From Nostoc sp. DedSLP01 (GTDB lineage: Bacteria > Cyanobacteriota > Cyanobacteriia > Cyanobacteriales > Nostocaceae), in NCBI GenBank assembly GCA_034530875.2, contig JAVRCJ020000054.1, forward strand, positions 1 through 41,374: a stretch of DNA of 41,374 bases. Reading direction: 5' to 3'. How positions within the stretch are numbered: the stretch's first letter is position 1; every line of letters begins with the position of its first letter. The notes beneath the pieces were generated by a model, which worked only from the letters and a program-made list of their open reading frames with translations, did no database searches and was not told the origin of the DNA. Positions 1 to 10,552 of the stretch are shown piece by piece. Both the position numbers and the translations under genes were made by a program.

Positions 1-70
1 GGTGCCATGAAAGTCGCACGCCCAGATTTAACCGAGAGGTGCGGGGAATAATATCCCCCATCGACTCAAC
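1..70 (+). mobile_element. 3' end of a group II intron (partial domain V, domain VI, 3' splice site), cyanobacterial/chloroplast-like class
   Basis: GGTGCCATGAAAGTCGCACGCCCAG resembles the distal part of catalytic domain V (GAAA loop). GAGAGGTGCGGGGAATAATATCCCCCATCGACTC forms a domain VI hairpin with a bulged A, and the sequence ends in ...CAAC (AY terminus). The rest of the intron lies upstream of the window. Confidence 0.8.
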
Positions 71-732
71 CTTAAGACCCTCACTGAACAAGAGTTCAGT
101 GGCTCCAAGTCAGGAGGGGTGCTACTCCGGATCTGACTTGTTCCTTCTGCCCTCTGTCCTCTGCTTTCTGCCTTCTGCCTTCTTCAAATTGCTAACCTGA
201 TTCTTATCCCAATTTTTACTATTTTCAGTTAGCAAGAAATGAACGCGAGCCAAATCTCCGTAGTTATAGTCAAGGACTGGCAACTGGGGACTGGATGAAA
301 AATCTTTTTGTGTCTGATTTTGGGCTACCCCAACAGATGTAGAGGCTTTGTATCGTAACGTCTTTACCAACATCTTTACGGCTCGCAAAGACTTATTAAG
401 TAATTTGAATTTATACCAAATTTATTTATTAATTATTTTCCCTAGCTCCTAGCTCCTGTTCTACTAGATCGACATAAAATATTGGCTGGCTATCCATAAA
501 CAGAGGCCAAGTAGCTATCATTAGCTAAGTGGTATGGCAGATACAGCGACGGCACTACCATTTAGTCACCGGTCTCTATCAACTGCTTACGCTTGCACCC
601 ATAAAATTTAATTCGATCGCTTTTTATTCCCTACTCTTTATTTTGATTGGCATTACGTAAAAGTACTTAATCAAGTACAGGGTGCAAATAAAGACAAAAA
701 ATTTCTCAAGGATTCAGATTAAGGATAAGGCT

Positions 733-3700
733 ATGGCAACCGAACAGTTGACTAGAGACAACGACAATCTAGATTTAAATCAGCTACTAAGAACGCTGGC
801 AGCTGTTAAGCAGGGTGACTTCTCGGCTCGGATGCCCATAGATCGTACTGGTGTAGCTGGAAAAATAGCCGATACGCTCAATGATATAATCGACCAAAAT
901 CAGCGGATGGCGACAGAGCTACAGCGAATTGGCAATGTTGTCGGCAAAGAAGGCAAAATTGCCGATCGCGCCACTTTAGGAGATGTTCGCGGTTCTTGGT
1001 CGGATTGCATCAGTTCTGTCAATACTCTAATTACAGATTTAGTCCAACCAACAGCAGAAACTACTCGCGTGATTCGAGCTGTGGCTAATGGCGATTTATC
1101 CCAAACCATCGCTACAGAAATTGATGGCAGACCTCTCCAAGGTGAATTTCTGCAAACTGCCAACATTGTGAACACGATGGTAGACCGCCTCGGTTCCTTT
1201 GCATCGGAAGTTACCAGGGTTGCCCGCGAGGTGGGAACTGAAGGTAAACTGGGCGTGCAAGCCCAAGTACGCGGTGTGGCTGGTACTTGGAAGGATTTAA
1301 CTGACAATGTGAACTTGATGGCGGGAAATCTGACCGGTCAAGTTCGTAACATTGCGGAAGTTGCAACTGCGATCGCTAACGGTGACCTCTCCAAAAAAAT
1401 CACCGTCGATGTTAAAGGCGAAATTCTGGAGTTGAAAAACACCGTTAACACAATGGTGGATCAACTCAATTCCTTTGCATCGGAAGTAACAAGGGTTGCC
1501 CGTGAGGTGGGAACCGAAGGTAAGTTGGGCGTACAAGCCGAAGTGAAAGGAGTTGCCGGGACTTGGAAGGATTTAACGGACAACGTGAACTTAATGGCGG
1601 GGAATTTAACCGCCCAAGTCCGTAATATTGCAGAAGTGACAACGGCGGTAGCCAACGGCGACTTATCTAAGAAAATTACTGTAGATGTTAAAGGCGAAAT
1701 TTTAGAGTTGAAAAACACCGTTAACATCATGGTGGATCAACTCAATTCCTTTGCATCAGAAGTAACAAGGGTTGCACGTGAGGTAGGTGCAGAAGGAAAA
1801 TTAGGCGGTCAAGCAGAAGTCCGAGGGGTAGCGGGTACCTGGAAGGATTTAACTGACAGTGTGAATTTCATGGCGGGAAGCTTGACGGCACAGGTGCGGA
1901 ATATTGCGGAAGTAACAACGGCGGTGGCGAATGGCGACCTTTCTAAGAAAATCACCGTTGATGTGAAAGGCGAAATTCTTGAACTGAAAAACACCATTAA
2001 TACAATGGTGGATCAACTGAATTCCTTTGCATCAGAAGTAACCAGAGTTGCCCGTGAGGTGGGAACCGAAGGGAAGTTGGGCGTGCAAGCAGAAGTCCGG
2101 GGAGTTGCAGGGACTTGGAAAGACTTAACGGACAACGTAAACTTAATGGCGGGTAACCTGACGGGACAGGTGCGGAATATTGCCGAGGTTGCAACTGCGA
2201 TCGCCAGTGGTGATTTATCGAAGAAAATCACCGTTGATGTGAGAGGTGAAATTTTGGAGTTGAAAAACACCATAAATATCATGGTGGATCAACTTAGTTC
2301 CTTTGCATCGGAAGTAACAAGGGTTGCCCGTGAGGTAGGAAGTGAAGGTAAACTCGGCGTACAAGCTGATGTTAAAGGCGTAGCTGGTACGTGGAAGGAT
2401 TTAACCGACAGCGTGAACTTCATGGCGGGAAGTTTAACGGCACAGGTACGGAACATTGCCGATGTGACGACGGCGGTGGCGAATGGCGACCTTTCCAAGA
2501 AAATCACCGTTGATGTGAAAGGCGAAATCTTGGAGTTGAAAAACACTATTAATACAATGGTGGATCAACTCAGTTCCTTTGCATCGGAAGTAACGCGGGT
2601 GGCGCGGGAGGTGGGAACCGAAGGGAAGTTGGGCGTACAAGCTGAAGTGCGAGGAGTTGCCGGAACTTGGAAAGACTTGACAGATAACGTTAACTTAATG
2701 GCTGGAAACCTGACAGACCAAGTACGGAACATTGCGGAAGTTGCAACTGCGATCGCCAACGGCGACCTTTCTAAGAAAATTACTGTAGCTGTCAAAGGTG
2801 AAATTCTAGAGTTGAAAAACACTATAAATATCATGGTGGATCAACTCAACTCCTTTGCAAGTGAGGTAACCAGGGTTGCGCGGGAAGTAGGTAGCGAAGG
2901 AAAACTGGGCGTACAAGCAGATGTGCGCGGTGTGGCTGGTACCTGGAAAGACTTAACCGACAGCGTGAATTTCATGGCGGGAAGTTTAACGGCACAGGTG
3001 CGAAACATTGCCGCCGTGACAACGGCTGTGGCAAATGGCGACTTGTCGAAGAAAATTTCCGTTGATGTCAAAGGTGAAATCTTGGAGTTGAAAAACACCG
3101 TTAACACAATGGTGGATCAACTCAATTCCTTTGCATCGGAAGTAACCAGGGTTGCCAGGGAGGTGGGAACCGAAGGGAAGTTGGGCGTACAAGCAGAAGT
3201 TAAAGGCGTAGCCGGCACTTGGAAGGATTTGACCGACAGCGTGAACTTCATGGCGGGAAGTTTGACGGCGCAGGTACGGAACATTGCCGAAGTGACAACG
3301 GCGGTGGCAAACGGCGACCTTTCTAAGAAAATCACCGTGGATGTGAAAGGCGAAATTCTGGAATTGAAGATTACCATTAACACAATGGTGGATCAGCTAA
3401 ATTCCTTTGCCTCGGAAGTAACAAGGGTTGCCCGCGAGGTGGGAACCGAAGGGAAATTGGGCGTACAAGCTTACGTGAGGGGAGTTGCCGGCACTTGGAA
3501 AGATTTAACTGACAACGTGAACTCAATGGCGGGTAACCTCACCGGACAGGTGCGAAATATTGCCGAAGTTACCAAGGCGGTGGCAAATGGCGACCTCTCC
3601 AAGAAAATTACCGTCGATGCCAAAGGTGAAATTTTAGACTTGAAGAACACCACTAATACAATGGTGGATCAGCTCAGTTCCTTTGCATCGGAAGTAACGC

Positions 3701-6700
3701 GGGTGGCGCGGGAAGTGGGCACCGAAGGGAAGTTGGGCGGACAAGCGCAAGTGCAAGGTGTTGCCGGCACCTGGAAAGATTTAACCGACAACGTAAACTC
3801 GATGGCGGGGAACTTAACGGCACAGGTACGGGGTATTGCCAGAGTTGTGACGGCAGTTGCGAACGGCGACTTGAAACGCAAACTGATGTTAGATGCTAAA
3901 GGTGAAATTGAAACCTTGGCAGAAACAATCAACGAAATGATTGATACCCTAGCCACCTTCGCCAATCAGGTAACCACAGTAGCGCGGGAAGTGGGAATCG
4001 AAGGAAAATTAGGCGGACAAGCGAGAGTACCAGGCGCGGCGGGAACTTGGAAAGATTTAACAGATAACGTGAACGAACTTGCTGCTACACTAACTACTCA
4101 GTTAAGAGCGATCGCAGAAGTAGCTACAGCCGTAACCAAAGGTGATTTAACTCGTTCCATTGCCGTCGAAGCACTAGGGGAAGTTGCCATCCTCAAAGAC
4201 AACATCAACCAGATGATTGCCAACCTGCGGGAAACAACGCAGAAAAACACCGAACAAGACTGGTTGAAAACTAACCTGGCGAAGTTTACTAGAATGCTGC
4301 AAGGTCAGCGAGACTTAGAAACCGTATCGAAATTAATTCTCTCAGAACTCGCACCCTTGGTAGGAGCGCAACACGGCGTATTCTACCTGATGGACGCCGC
4401 GGACAATAATAGCTCGTTTTTGAAACTAATTAGTAGCTACGCCTACCGCGAACGCAAACATCTAGCCAACCGCTTCCACATGGGTGAAGGTTTGGTGGGA
4501 CAATGCGCCTTAGAAAAAGAGCGAATTCTGCTCACGGAAGTGCCGACTGACTACATTAAAATTGGCTCTGGTTTAGGAGAAGCCACGCCACTCAATGCTG
4601 TAGTCTTACCCGTACTCTTTGAAGGACAAGTCACAGCAGTTATTGAGTTAGCATCCTTCCGCCGCTTTAGCGAAATTCACCTGACATTCTTCGACCAACT
4701 AACCGAAAGTATAGCGATCGTCTTGAACACCATCGCCGCTTCCATGCGAACTGAAGAATTACTCAAACAGTCGCAATCATTGGCTGAAGAACTGCAAACC
4801 CAGCAAAACGAACTCAGAGAAACCAACAAACGCCTAGAACAACAAGCCCAATCGCTCAAAGCTTCGGAAGATTTATTAAAAGGACAGCAAGAAGAACTGC
4901 AACAAACCAACGCCGAATTAGAAGAAAAGGCAGAATTACTGGCTCAACAAAAGAAAGAAGTCGAGCGCAAAAACCGCGAAATCGAACAAGCAAGGACGTC
5001 CTTGGAAGAAAAAGCCGAACAACTCGCCCTCTCTTCCAAATACAAATCAGAATTTCTTGCCAACATGTCCCACGAATTGCGGACGCCTCTGAATAGCTTG
5101 TTAATTTTAGCCAAGCTATTAACAGATAATATTGATGGCAACCTCACCAACAAACAAATCGAATACAGTCAGACAATTTACTCAGCAGGGACAGATTTGT
5201 TGGCATTAATTAATGACATTCTCGACCTAGCCAAAATTGAATCTGGAACCATGTCAATTGAAATGACCCAGATGCTTTTAGCAGAATTAGGCGACCAAAT
5301 TGAGCGTACATTCCGCCAAATAGCTAACGGTAAAGGACTTGGTTTCACAATTGAATTTACGCCGGAATTGCCAAGCACGATTTATACAGATGTCAAACGC
5401 TTACAACAAGTGTTGAAAAATCTTCTCTCCAACGCTTTTAAATTTACAGAACAAGGAGAAGTTCACTTGCAGGTTGGAGTGGCTAAACAAGGATGGAGTC
5501 CCGACCACGAAATTTTAAATCGTGCGCCGTTAGTCATCGCCTTCTCAGTCAGCGACACAGGCATTGGCATTGCCCCAGACAAGCAGAAAGTGATTTTTGA
5601 AGCATTTCAGCAAGCCGATGGTTCTACCAGTCGCAAATACGGCGGCACCGGATTGGGCTTATCAATTAGCCGCGAAATTGCCCGCCTGTTTGGTGGCGAA
5701 ATCAAACTATCCAGTCAACCCGGTCAAGGTAGCACCTTTACATTCTATTTACCACAGGGAGGAGCATACGCAGAAGCAGGACAGGGAGACACGGGGACGC
5801 TCCGACGCGGAGACACACAGAGAATATTTGAGCGATTCTCCGGTTCATCCTTCGGCTTTAACAGCGACGGTTCTTCCTCGCTACCGCTAACCCAACCAGC
5901 GGAAACCAGCAAGAGTGCGACTGCTTCACCGCATCCATTCCCCATTCCCCACTCTCCATTCCCAGCGATCGCAGACGATCGCAGTAGTATCGGCGTTGGC
6001 GATCGCGTATTATTAATTGTCGAAGATGACATTAACTTTGCCCGTATCCTCCTAGATATGGCGCAACAGCACGGATTCAAGGTCATAACTGCCCAAACCG
6101 GCACCACAGGCTTGATGCTAGCCCAGCAATTTTTACCTTCAGCCGTTTTGCTAGATATCAGATTGCCCGAAATGGATGGATGGACGGTATTAGATCGGCT
6201 CAAACACGACCCGAAGACGCGTCACATTCCCGTACATATCATGACCGTTGAAGAAGGCAGACAGCGCGGTTTGCAACTAGGAGCGATCGCATATCTGCAA
6301 AAACCATTAACCAGTGAGACAATCTCAGAAGCGTTGACCAAAATTAAAGGTTTCGTCGAACGCCAAGTGAAAAACTTACTGGTAGTGGAAGACGACGATA
6401 CCCAACGTCTTAGCATCGTTGAGTTAATTGGCAACAGCGACGTTGCAACTACCGCCGTCGGCACCGGTGCCGCAGCCTTAGAAGCCATCCGCACCCAGCA
6501 TTTTGATTGTCTCGTCCTCGATTTAGGACTACCAGACATGACCGGGTTTGAACTGATCGAGCAAATCAAGCTTTTACCCAACGGCAAATCTCTGCCAATT
6601 ATTGTCTACACGGGTAGAGAAATTAGCAAAGCTCAAGAAACAGAACTCAGACGCATTGCAGAGACAATCATCATTAAAGATGTGCGATCGCCCGAACGCC

Positions 6701-7173
6701 TCCTCGATGAAACAGCATTGTTCCTGCACCGAGTCCAAGCCAATTTGCCGGAACCCAAGCGCCAAATTCTCGAACAACTGCATTCTAGAGACCACTTACT
6801 CGTCGGCAAAAAAGCGCTAATTGTAGACGACGATATGCGAAATATCTTCGCCTTGACAAGTATGCTAGAGCGCTATCAAATCCAGGTTTTATATGCTGAA
6901 AACGGTAGAGAAGGCATTAATTTGTTAGAAATTACGCCAGATATTGATGTGGTTTTAATGGACATCATGATGCCAGAAATTGACGGTTACGAAACAACAC
7001 GTCTCATCCGCCAAAACAGCCGCTTTCAATCCTTGCCGATTATTGCACTCACCGCCAAAGCCATGCAAGGCGATCGCGATAAGTGCATCGAAGCCGGCGC
7101 ATCAGATTACATCACCAAACCCGTAGATACCGAACAATTACTATCGCTCTTGCGTGTTTGGCTATATCGATGA
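733..7173 (+). CDS. Hybrid sensor histidine kinase: poly-HAMP array, GAF, coiled coil, HisKA, HATPase_c and three receiver domains
   Basis: 11 conserved plus 1 degenerate 92-aa HAMP repeats; H-box [15 protein letters not shown]-box [11 protein letters not shown]-boxes DTGIGI and GGTGLGL; three REC domains (LIVEDD..LLDIRLP, LVVEDD..LDLGLP, LIVDDD..MDIMMP). The ATG at 733 follows AAGGATAAGG; the ORF track starts at 682. Confidence 0.95.
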   Translation: MATEQLTRDNDNLDLNQLLRTLAAVKQGDFSARMPIDRTGVAGKIADTLNDIIDQNQRMATELQRIGNVVGKEGKIADRATLGDVRGSWSDCISSVNTLITDLVQPTAETTRVIRAVANGDLSQTIATEIDGRPLQGEFLQTANIVNTMVDRLGSFASEVTRVAREVGTEGKLGVQAQVRGVAGTWKDLTDNVNLMAGNLTGQVRNIAEVATAIANGDLSKKITVDVKGEILELKNTVNTMVDQLNSFASEVTRVAREVGTEGKLGVQAEVKGVAGTWKDLTDNVNLMAGNLTAQVRNIAEVTTAVANGDLSKKITVDVKGEILELKNTVNIMVDQLNSFASEVTRVAREVGAEGKLGGQAEVRGVAGTWKDLTDSVNFMAGSLTAQVRNIAEVTTAVANGDLSKKITVDVKGEILELKNTINTMVDQLNSFASEVTRVAREVGTEGKLGVQAEVRGVAGTWKDLTDNVNLMAGNLTGQVRNIAEVATAIASGDLSKKITVDVRGEILELKNTINIMVDQLSSFASEVTRVAREVGSEGKLGVQADVKGVAGTWKDLTDSVNFMAGSLTAQVRNIADVTTAVANGDLSKKITVDVKGEILELKNTINTMVDQLSSFASEVTRVAREVGTEGKLGVQAEVRGVAGTWKDLTDNVNLMAGNLTDQVRNIAEVATAIANGDLSKKITVAVKGEILELKNTINIMVDQLNSFASEVTRVAREVGSEGKLGVQADVRGVAGTWKDLTDSVNFMAGSLTAQVRNIAAVTTAVANGDLSKKISVDVKGEILELKNTVNTMVDQLNSFASEVTRVAREVGTEGKLGVQAEVKGVAGTWKDLTDSVNFMAGSLTAQVRNIAEVTTAVANGDLSKKITVDVKGEILELKITINTMVDQLNSFASEVTRVAREVGTEGKLGVQAYVRGVAGTWKDLTDNVNSMAGNLTGQVRNIAEVTKAVANGDLSKKITVDAKGEILDLKNTTNTMVDQLSSFASEVTRVAREVGTEGKLGGQAQVQGVAGTWKDLTDNVNSMAGNLTAQVRGIARVVTAVANGDLKRKLMLDAKGEIETLAETINEMIDTLATFANQVTTVAREVGIEGKLGGQARVPGAAGTWKDLTDNVNELAATLTTQLRAIAEVATAVTKGDLTRSIAVEALGEVAILKDNINQMIANLRETTQKNTEQDWLKTNLAKFTRMLQGQRDLETVSKLILSELAPLVGAQHGVFYLMDAADNNSSFLKLISSYAYRERKHLANRFHMGEGLVGQCALEKERILLTEVPTDYIKIGSGLGEATPLNAVVLPVLFEGQVTAVIELASFRRFSEIHLTFFDQLTESIAIVLNTIAASMRTEELLKQSQSLAEELQTQQNELRETNKRLEQQAQSLKASEDLLKGQQEELQQTNAELEEKAELLAQQKKEVERKNREIEQARTSLEEKAEQLALSSKYKSEFLANMSHELRTPLNSLLILAKLLTDNIDGNLTNKQIEYSQTIYSAGTDLLALINDILDLAKIESGTMSIEMTQMLLAELGDQIERTFRQIANGKGLGFTIEFTPELPSTIYTDVKRLQQVLKNLLSNAFKFTEQGEVHLQVGVAKQGWSPDHEILNRAPLVIAFSVSDTGIGIAPDKQKVIFEAFQQADGSTSRKYGGTGLGLSISREIARLFGGEIKLSSQPGQGSTFTFYLPQGGAYAEAGQGDTGTLRRGDTQRIFERFSGSSFGFNSDGSSSLPLTQPAETSKSATASPHPFPIPHSPFPAIADDRSSIGVGDRVLLIVEDDINFARILLDMAQQHGFKVITAQTGTTGLMLAQQFLPSAVLLDIRLPEMDGWTVLDRLKHDPKTRHIPVHIMTVEEGRQRGLQLGAIAYLQKPLTSETISEALTKIKGFVERQVKNLLVVEDDDTQRLSIVELIGNSDVATTAVGTGAAALEAIRTQHFDCLVLDLGLPDMTGFELIEQIKLLPNGKSLPIIVYTGREISKAQETELRRIAETIIIKDVRSPERLLDETALFLHRVQANLPEPKRQILEQLHSRDHLLVGKKALIVDDDMRNIFALTSMLERYQIQVLYAENGREGINLLEITPDIDVVLMDIMMPEIDGYETTRLIRQNSRFQSLPIIALTAKAMQGDRDKCIEAGASDYITKPVDTEQLLSLLRVWLYR
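940..4230 (+). repeat. 276-bp coding tandem repeat (HAMP units), about 12 copies
   Basis: Codons for the EGKLG motif recur every 276 nt from about 1240 to 4001. Antisense shadow ORFs repeat with the same period. Confidence 0.95.
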
Positions 7174-7174
7174 T

Positions 7175-7295
7175 TGGGGACTGGGGACTGGTGATTGGGC
7201 ATGGGGCATTGGGAAGTGTGGGAGGATGGGGAACAAATCTTTCCCCCCTCTCCCCACACTCCCCACACTTCTCTTTCTCCCCCTGCCTCCCCATC
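7175..7295. repeat. STRR-type short tandem repeat cluster (TGGGGAC / TGGGCAT / CCCCACACT)
   Basis: A G-rich tract followed by a complementary C-rich tract directly after the kinase stop codon, typical of Nostocales intergenic repeats. Confidence 0.85.
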
Positions 7296-7557
7296 TGATT
7301 CATCCTGACGATAAAATAACTTTTCACCTTCAGTAGATACGGCGATCGCTTTTCTATGAGTTAATTAATCTGATAAGTAACATAGTCAAAAAAACCAAAA
7401 TATATAACGAAAAGTTAAGTTACTCAAAAAGCTCTTTCCTCCTGCCTTTTCATAACGACAATTTTCAACACCGACCTACTTAGGTGAATTATTAATGCCA
7501 TCTAAAAAACGTCTGCATTTGAATCCCAGTTGTTAATATTGCATCCTGGTCAGAAGA

Positions 7558-7980
7558 ATGCCTAATAAATCTTTATCTCTCAACGAAGTACGCTTACTCG
7601 TTGTCGATGACGATCCTGACACGAGAAAGATGCTTGCTGTCTTGTTTAAATTAGAAGGGGCAAAAGCGATCGTAGTTGCTTCAGCTGCCGAAGCTTTAGA
7701 AGTAATGTCATATTTTCAACCAGAGGTTTTGATCTGTGACATCTGTTTACCAGGTGAAGATGGCTATTCACTTTTGGAGAAAGTTAGAAGGCTGAACAAA
7801 CAAAAAATGCAACCAGAAATTCTAGCTATTGCTATGACAGCATTTGTCTATGAAGAAGAGCGTACTCGTGCATTTTTAGCAGGTTTTCAGGCCCATTTAT
7901 ACAAACCAATTGACTTGAAAGAATTAATTTCCTCAGTAACTGATTTAATTGAGCCTTCAAGACATTGTACAGAAAATTAG
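7558..7980 (+). CDS. Single-domain response regulator (receiver domain)
   Basis: LLVVDDD, ICDICLP (phospho-Asp), IAMTA and KP motifs; 140 aa with no output domain. Confidence 0.9.
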   Translation: MPNKSLSLNEVRLLVVDDDPDTRKMLAVLFKLEGAKAIVVASAAEALEVMSYFQPEVLICDICLPGEDGYSLLEKVRRLNKQKMQPEILAIAMTAFVYEEERTRAFLAGFQAHLYKPIDLKELISSVTDLIEPSRHCTEN

Positions 7981-8038
7981 CGAGCAGTTTTAAGGCAGAA
8001 CAAGCAACATAAAAATCTCGACTGATAAAATTAGAAAC

Positions 8039-8129
8039 TTGCTGATATAATCTACCAAAATGATTGTGCATAATATCAAAATCGTTGTAGAGACATTGCA
8101 ATGCAACGTCTCTATTTATGGATTCATAC
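8039..8129 (+). repeat. About 90-bp dispersed element with a GTAGAGAC..GTCTCTA palindromic core (SDR/REP-like), copy 1
   Basis: Aligns over its length with the reverse complement of 12491-12581; the palindrome is at 8087-8114. Confidence 0.8.
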
Positions 8130-8138
8130 TAAGATATT

Positions 8139-8243
8139 TATAGCAACAGCCAACGTGGTTAGGACATTAACAGACGATCGAACTTAGACACAACAAAACT
8201 TTTTACCCAATCCCCAGTCACCAGTCCCCAGTCCCTTGCTATA
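8139..8243. mobile_element. Putative MITE with TATAGCAA/TTGCTATA termini and an internal CCCAGTC STRR
   Basis: 8-bp terminal inverted repeats at 8139-8146 and 8236-8243; non-coding; resembles TATAGC-ended Nostoc MITEs. Confidence 0.5.
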
Positions 8244-8351
8244 TATAAGGCAATACCGTTCAGTTAAGCTTTTTTCTTCCCCCCTGCTTCCTCTGCTCAA
8301 GAACAGCCTGCCTTAACAAATAAATTCTTTATTCCCTATTCCTTAATCATT

Positions 8352-9185
8352 ATGTCTGATATCACCCAAACTGAAAAAATTAACATTTTTGATACAACCT
8401 TACGAGATGGAGAATTAGCCCTCGATCGCAAGTTTACAGTCGAGCAAAAAATTCGCTTGGCAATGATTCTTGATGAAATGGGAGTAGATGTAATTGAGGT
8501 GGGTTATCCAGGGGCATTTAGCAAAGATGCTGATGAAATATTATCAGTCTGTGGGCAATTAAAAAATGCCACAATCTGTGGTCTAGCAAGTAGTCAATTA
8601 GAACAAATTACTGCGGTAGCAACGGCGCTTAAAGGAGCTGAAAAAGGGCGAATCAATGTATTCACTCCAGTTTACATTCCGGAAAATATGGCATCATCAA
8701 AGGTAATCGAAACTATTAGTAATAGCGTGTCCTTAGCCAGGAATTACTGTCCGGATGTAGAATGGTCAGCCTTTGATGCTACGCGCAGCCATCCTGACTT
8801 GTTATGCAAAGCAGTTGAAACAGCAATAAAAAGTGGTGCAACTACCATCGCTATTCCTGACAGTCTAGGGGTAGCCTCACCATTAGAATTCAGCAATCTG
8901 ATTGAAACGGTGATGCATCGAGTTCCCAATATCGACCGGGTAACTGTTTCAGTTCACTGCCATGATGATTTAGGTTTTGCCCTCGATAATTCGTTGTTGT
9001 CGCTAGATGTAGGAGTCAGGCAAATTGAATGCTCTGTTAATGGATTAGGGGCGCGTGCTGGTAACGCTGATTTAGCAAAAGTGGTCGCCGCGATCGCTAA
9101 TGATTCGCGCTACCATACTGCGATCGATCCCTCATACCTGAATCGAGCCTCACAGATGCTAACTCAATTTACAACTCATCAATAA
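8352..9185 (+). CDS. DRE-TIM (HMGL-like) enzyme, catalytic-barrel-only homolog of 2-isopropylmalate synthase
   Basis: IFDTTLRDGE, GVDVIEVGYP, VHCHDDLG and GNA motifs. At 277 aa it lacks the LeuA C-terminal subdomains and regulatory domain. Confidence 0.85.
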   Translation: MSDITQTEKINIFDTTLRDGELALDRKFTVEQKIRLAMILDEMGVDVIEVGYPGAFSKDADEILSVCGQLKNATICGLASSQLEQITAVATALKGAEKGRINVFTPVYIPENMASSKVIETISNSVSLARNYCPDVEWSAFDATRSHPDLLCKAVETAIKSGATTIAIPDSLGVASPLEFSNLIETVMHRVPNIDRVTVSVHCHDDLGFALDNSLLSLDVGVRQIECSVNGLGARAGNADLAKVVAAIANDSRYHTAIDPSYLNRASQMLTQFTTHQ

Positions 9186-9255
9186 TCTCTTAGTTAGCAA
9201 AAATATTAGAACTTTATTTGTTGAAAAAATTCACTCATTTAAACTACAAAATCTA

Positions 9256-9389
9256 TATAAATCCGATTTGATTATTGAAAAAATTTAAGTATGTGTAAGT
9301 GCGTGATTGCGAAGCATAACGCACCAAATCCTGAAGAATCATGCGTTATGCTTCTACCTATATGTCAAAAATCAAATCCTATATTCCTA
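9256..9389. mobile_element. Degenerate MITE-like element with an internal REP-like palindrome
   Basis: Imperfect inverted ends ATCCGATTTGATTATTGA / TCAAAAATCAAATC around the GTGCGT..ACGCAC hairpin; intergenic between convergent genes. Confidence 0.5.
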
Positions 9390-9546
9390 TTCTGAATTCT
9401 GAGCCAAGATTTTGCTTAAACGAAAAAATTATGACTAATAAGAAGGTCAGTGTTTTAGTTCTTCTTGGCTCTCACATACTTCGACTTGAAAATGCAAATT
9501 GTTAGTATTTGTATCTAGATTGGGCAAAGTTTTGCCCAACCTACAA

Positions 9547-10092
9547 CTAATTAACATTCCTTAGCTTGCGAGTATTATCAACTAAACTCTGAGCAAATTG
9601 ATCGAATCTTTGAGAAAGCTTCTCATCTAAAAGCTTACCTTCGGGATTAAAAGCACTCCAAGCTTGTCCGATCGCAATTTGTTCCGGAATTACCCAACCA
9701 TGCACCCACCGGACAATTAACCTTAGATCGTTCAAAGCATTACTATTAGACTGACCGCCCAATACACTAATCAACCCCGTTACTTTATCAGACAGTTGGT
9801 CAAAGCTCATCAAATCTAAAGCATTTTTCAGAACGCCACTGACGCCACCATGATATTCGGGTGTCGCTAATATTAACCCATGAGCGTCACTAACTGTATC
9901 CTGCAACCGCTTCACATCTGGGTATTCTGGATACTCCTTTGCGCCATTACAAAAAGGTAGCTGTAACTGCCGTAAATCCAGAATTTCTACCTCTGCACCC
10001 AAGGCTTGCACTCTTTGCATTGCAACTTCCAAAGCCAACTGAGTATAAGAATTAGGTCTTAAACTACCGCCAATACCAACAATTTTCACCAT
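9547..10092 (-). CDS. NADPH-dependent FMN reductase (flavodoxin-like fold)
   Basis: GSLRPNSYT, ATPEYHGGVSGVLKNALD motifs. Confidence 0.93.
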   Translation of the reverse strand: MVKIVGIGGSLRPNSYTQLALEVAMQRVQALGAEVEILDLRQLQLPFCNGAKEYPEYPDVKRLQDTVSDAHGLILATPEYHGGVSGVLKNALDLMSFDQLSDKVTGLISVLGGQSNSNALNDLRLIVRWVHGWVIPEQIAIGQAWSAFNPEGKLLDEKLSQRFDQFAQSLVDNTRKLRNVN

Positions 10093-10315
10093 AATTAACC
10101 CACAAACTATTAACTAGCTACTATCGTGAAGAAAAATAAAACGAAGTCGTTATGACTATGTTTATTTTAACGATTTGTATCGCAATGTGTCAAATTAAAA
10201 TTCTGGAAAAAATTTGAGGTTTTTTCCCCTACCAAGGGTATGGGTTTGGCCAACAATTGAAGAGCCAGTTGCACCAAGTCTTCTAGACTTATGGCTGATG
10301 GCCGAAAAAGAGCAA

Positions 10316-10440
10316 GGGAGTGTGGGGAGATGGGGAGATGGGGAAGTGTGGGGAGATAGGGAAGTGTGGGGAGAAAGAGAATTTATGCCCCCCTGTCTTC
10401 CCACACCTCCCTATCTCCTTATTTGCCCAATGCCCAATGC
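10316..10440. repeat. STRR composite repeat (GTGTGGGGA.. / TGCCCAA)
   Basis: Shares the exact segment GGGAGAAAGAGAATTTATGCCCCCT with the repeat at 18940-19075. Confidence 0.85.
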
Positions 10441-10552
10441 TGGAAGTTAGACTAGATAAGAAAAGTGTAATATCCAGTTACGGGGATTTTTGCTAGAAGA
10501 ATAGGCATAAAACCATAGCTCAACTTCTGCCAGCAGACAAAGGGTAATTATT

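Noticed and set aside
106..118. 13-bp match CAAGTCAGGAGGG with 28728-28740
   Set aside because: A single short match 28 kb apart with no extended similarity; compatible with chance.
1..140. Structured sequence first considered as 6S RNA or an IscB/HEARO RNA
   Set aside because: It fits group II intron domains V-VI better, and no IscB or TnpB gene is in view.
900..3965. Series of similar minus-strand ORFs and a 276-bp periodicity that could suggest an array
   Set aside because: These are antisense shadows of the coding HAMP repeats. There are no unique spacers, so this is not a CRISPR or RNA array.
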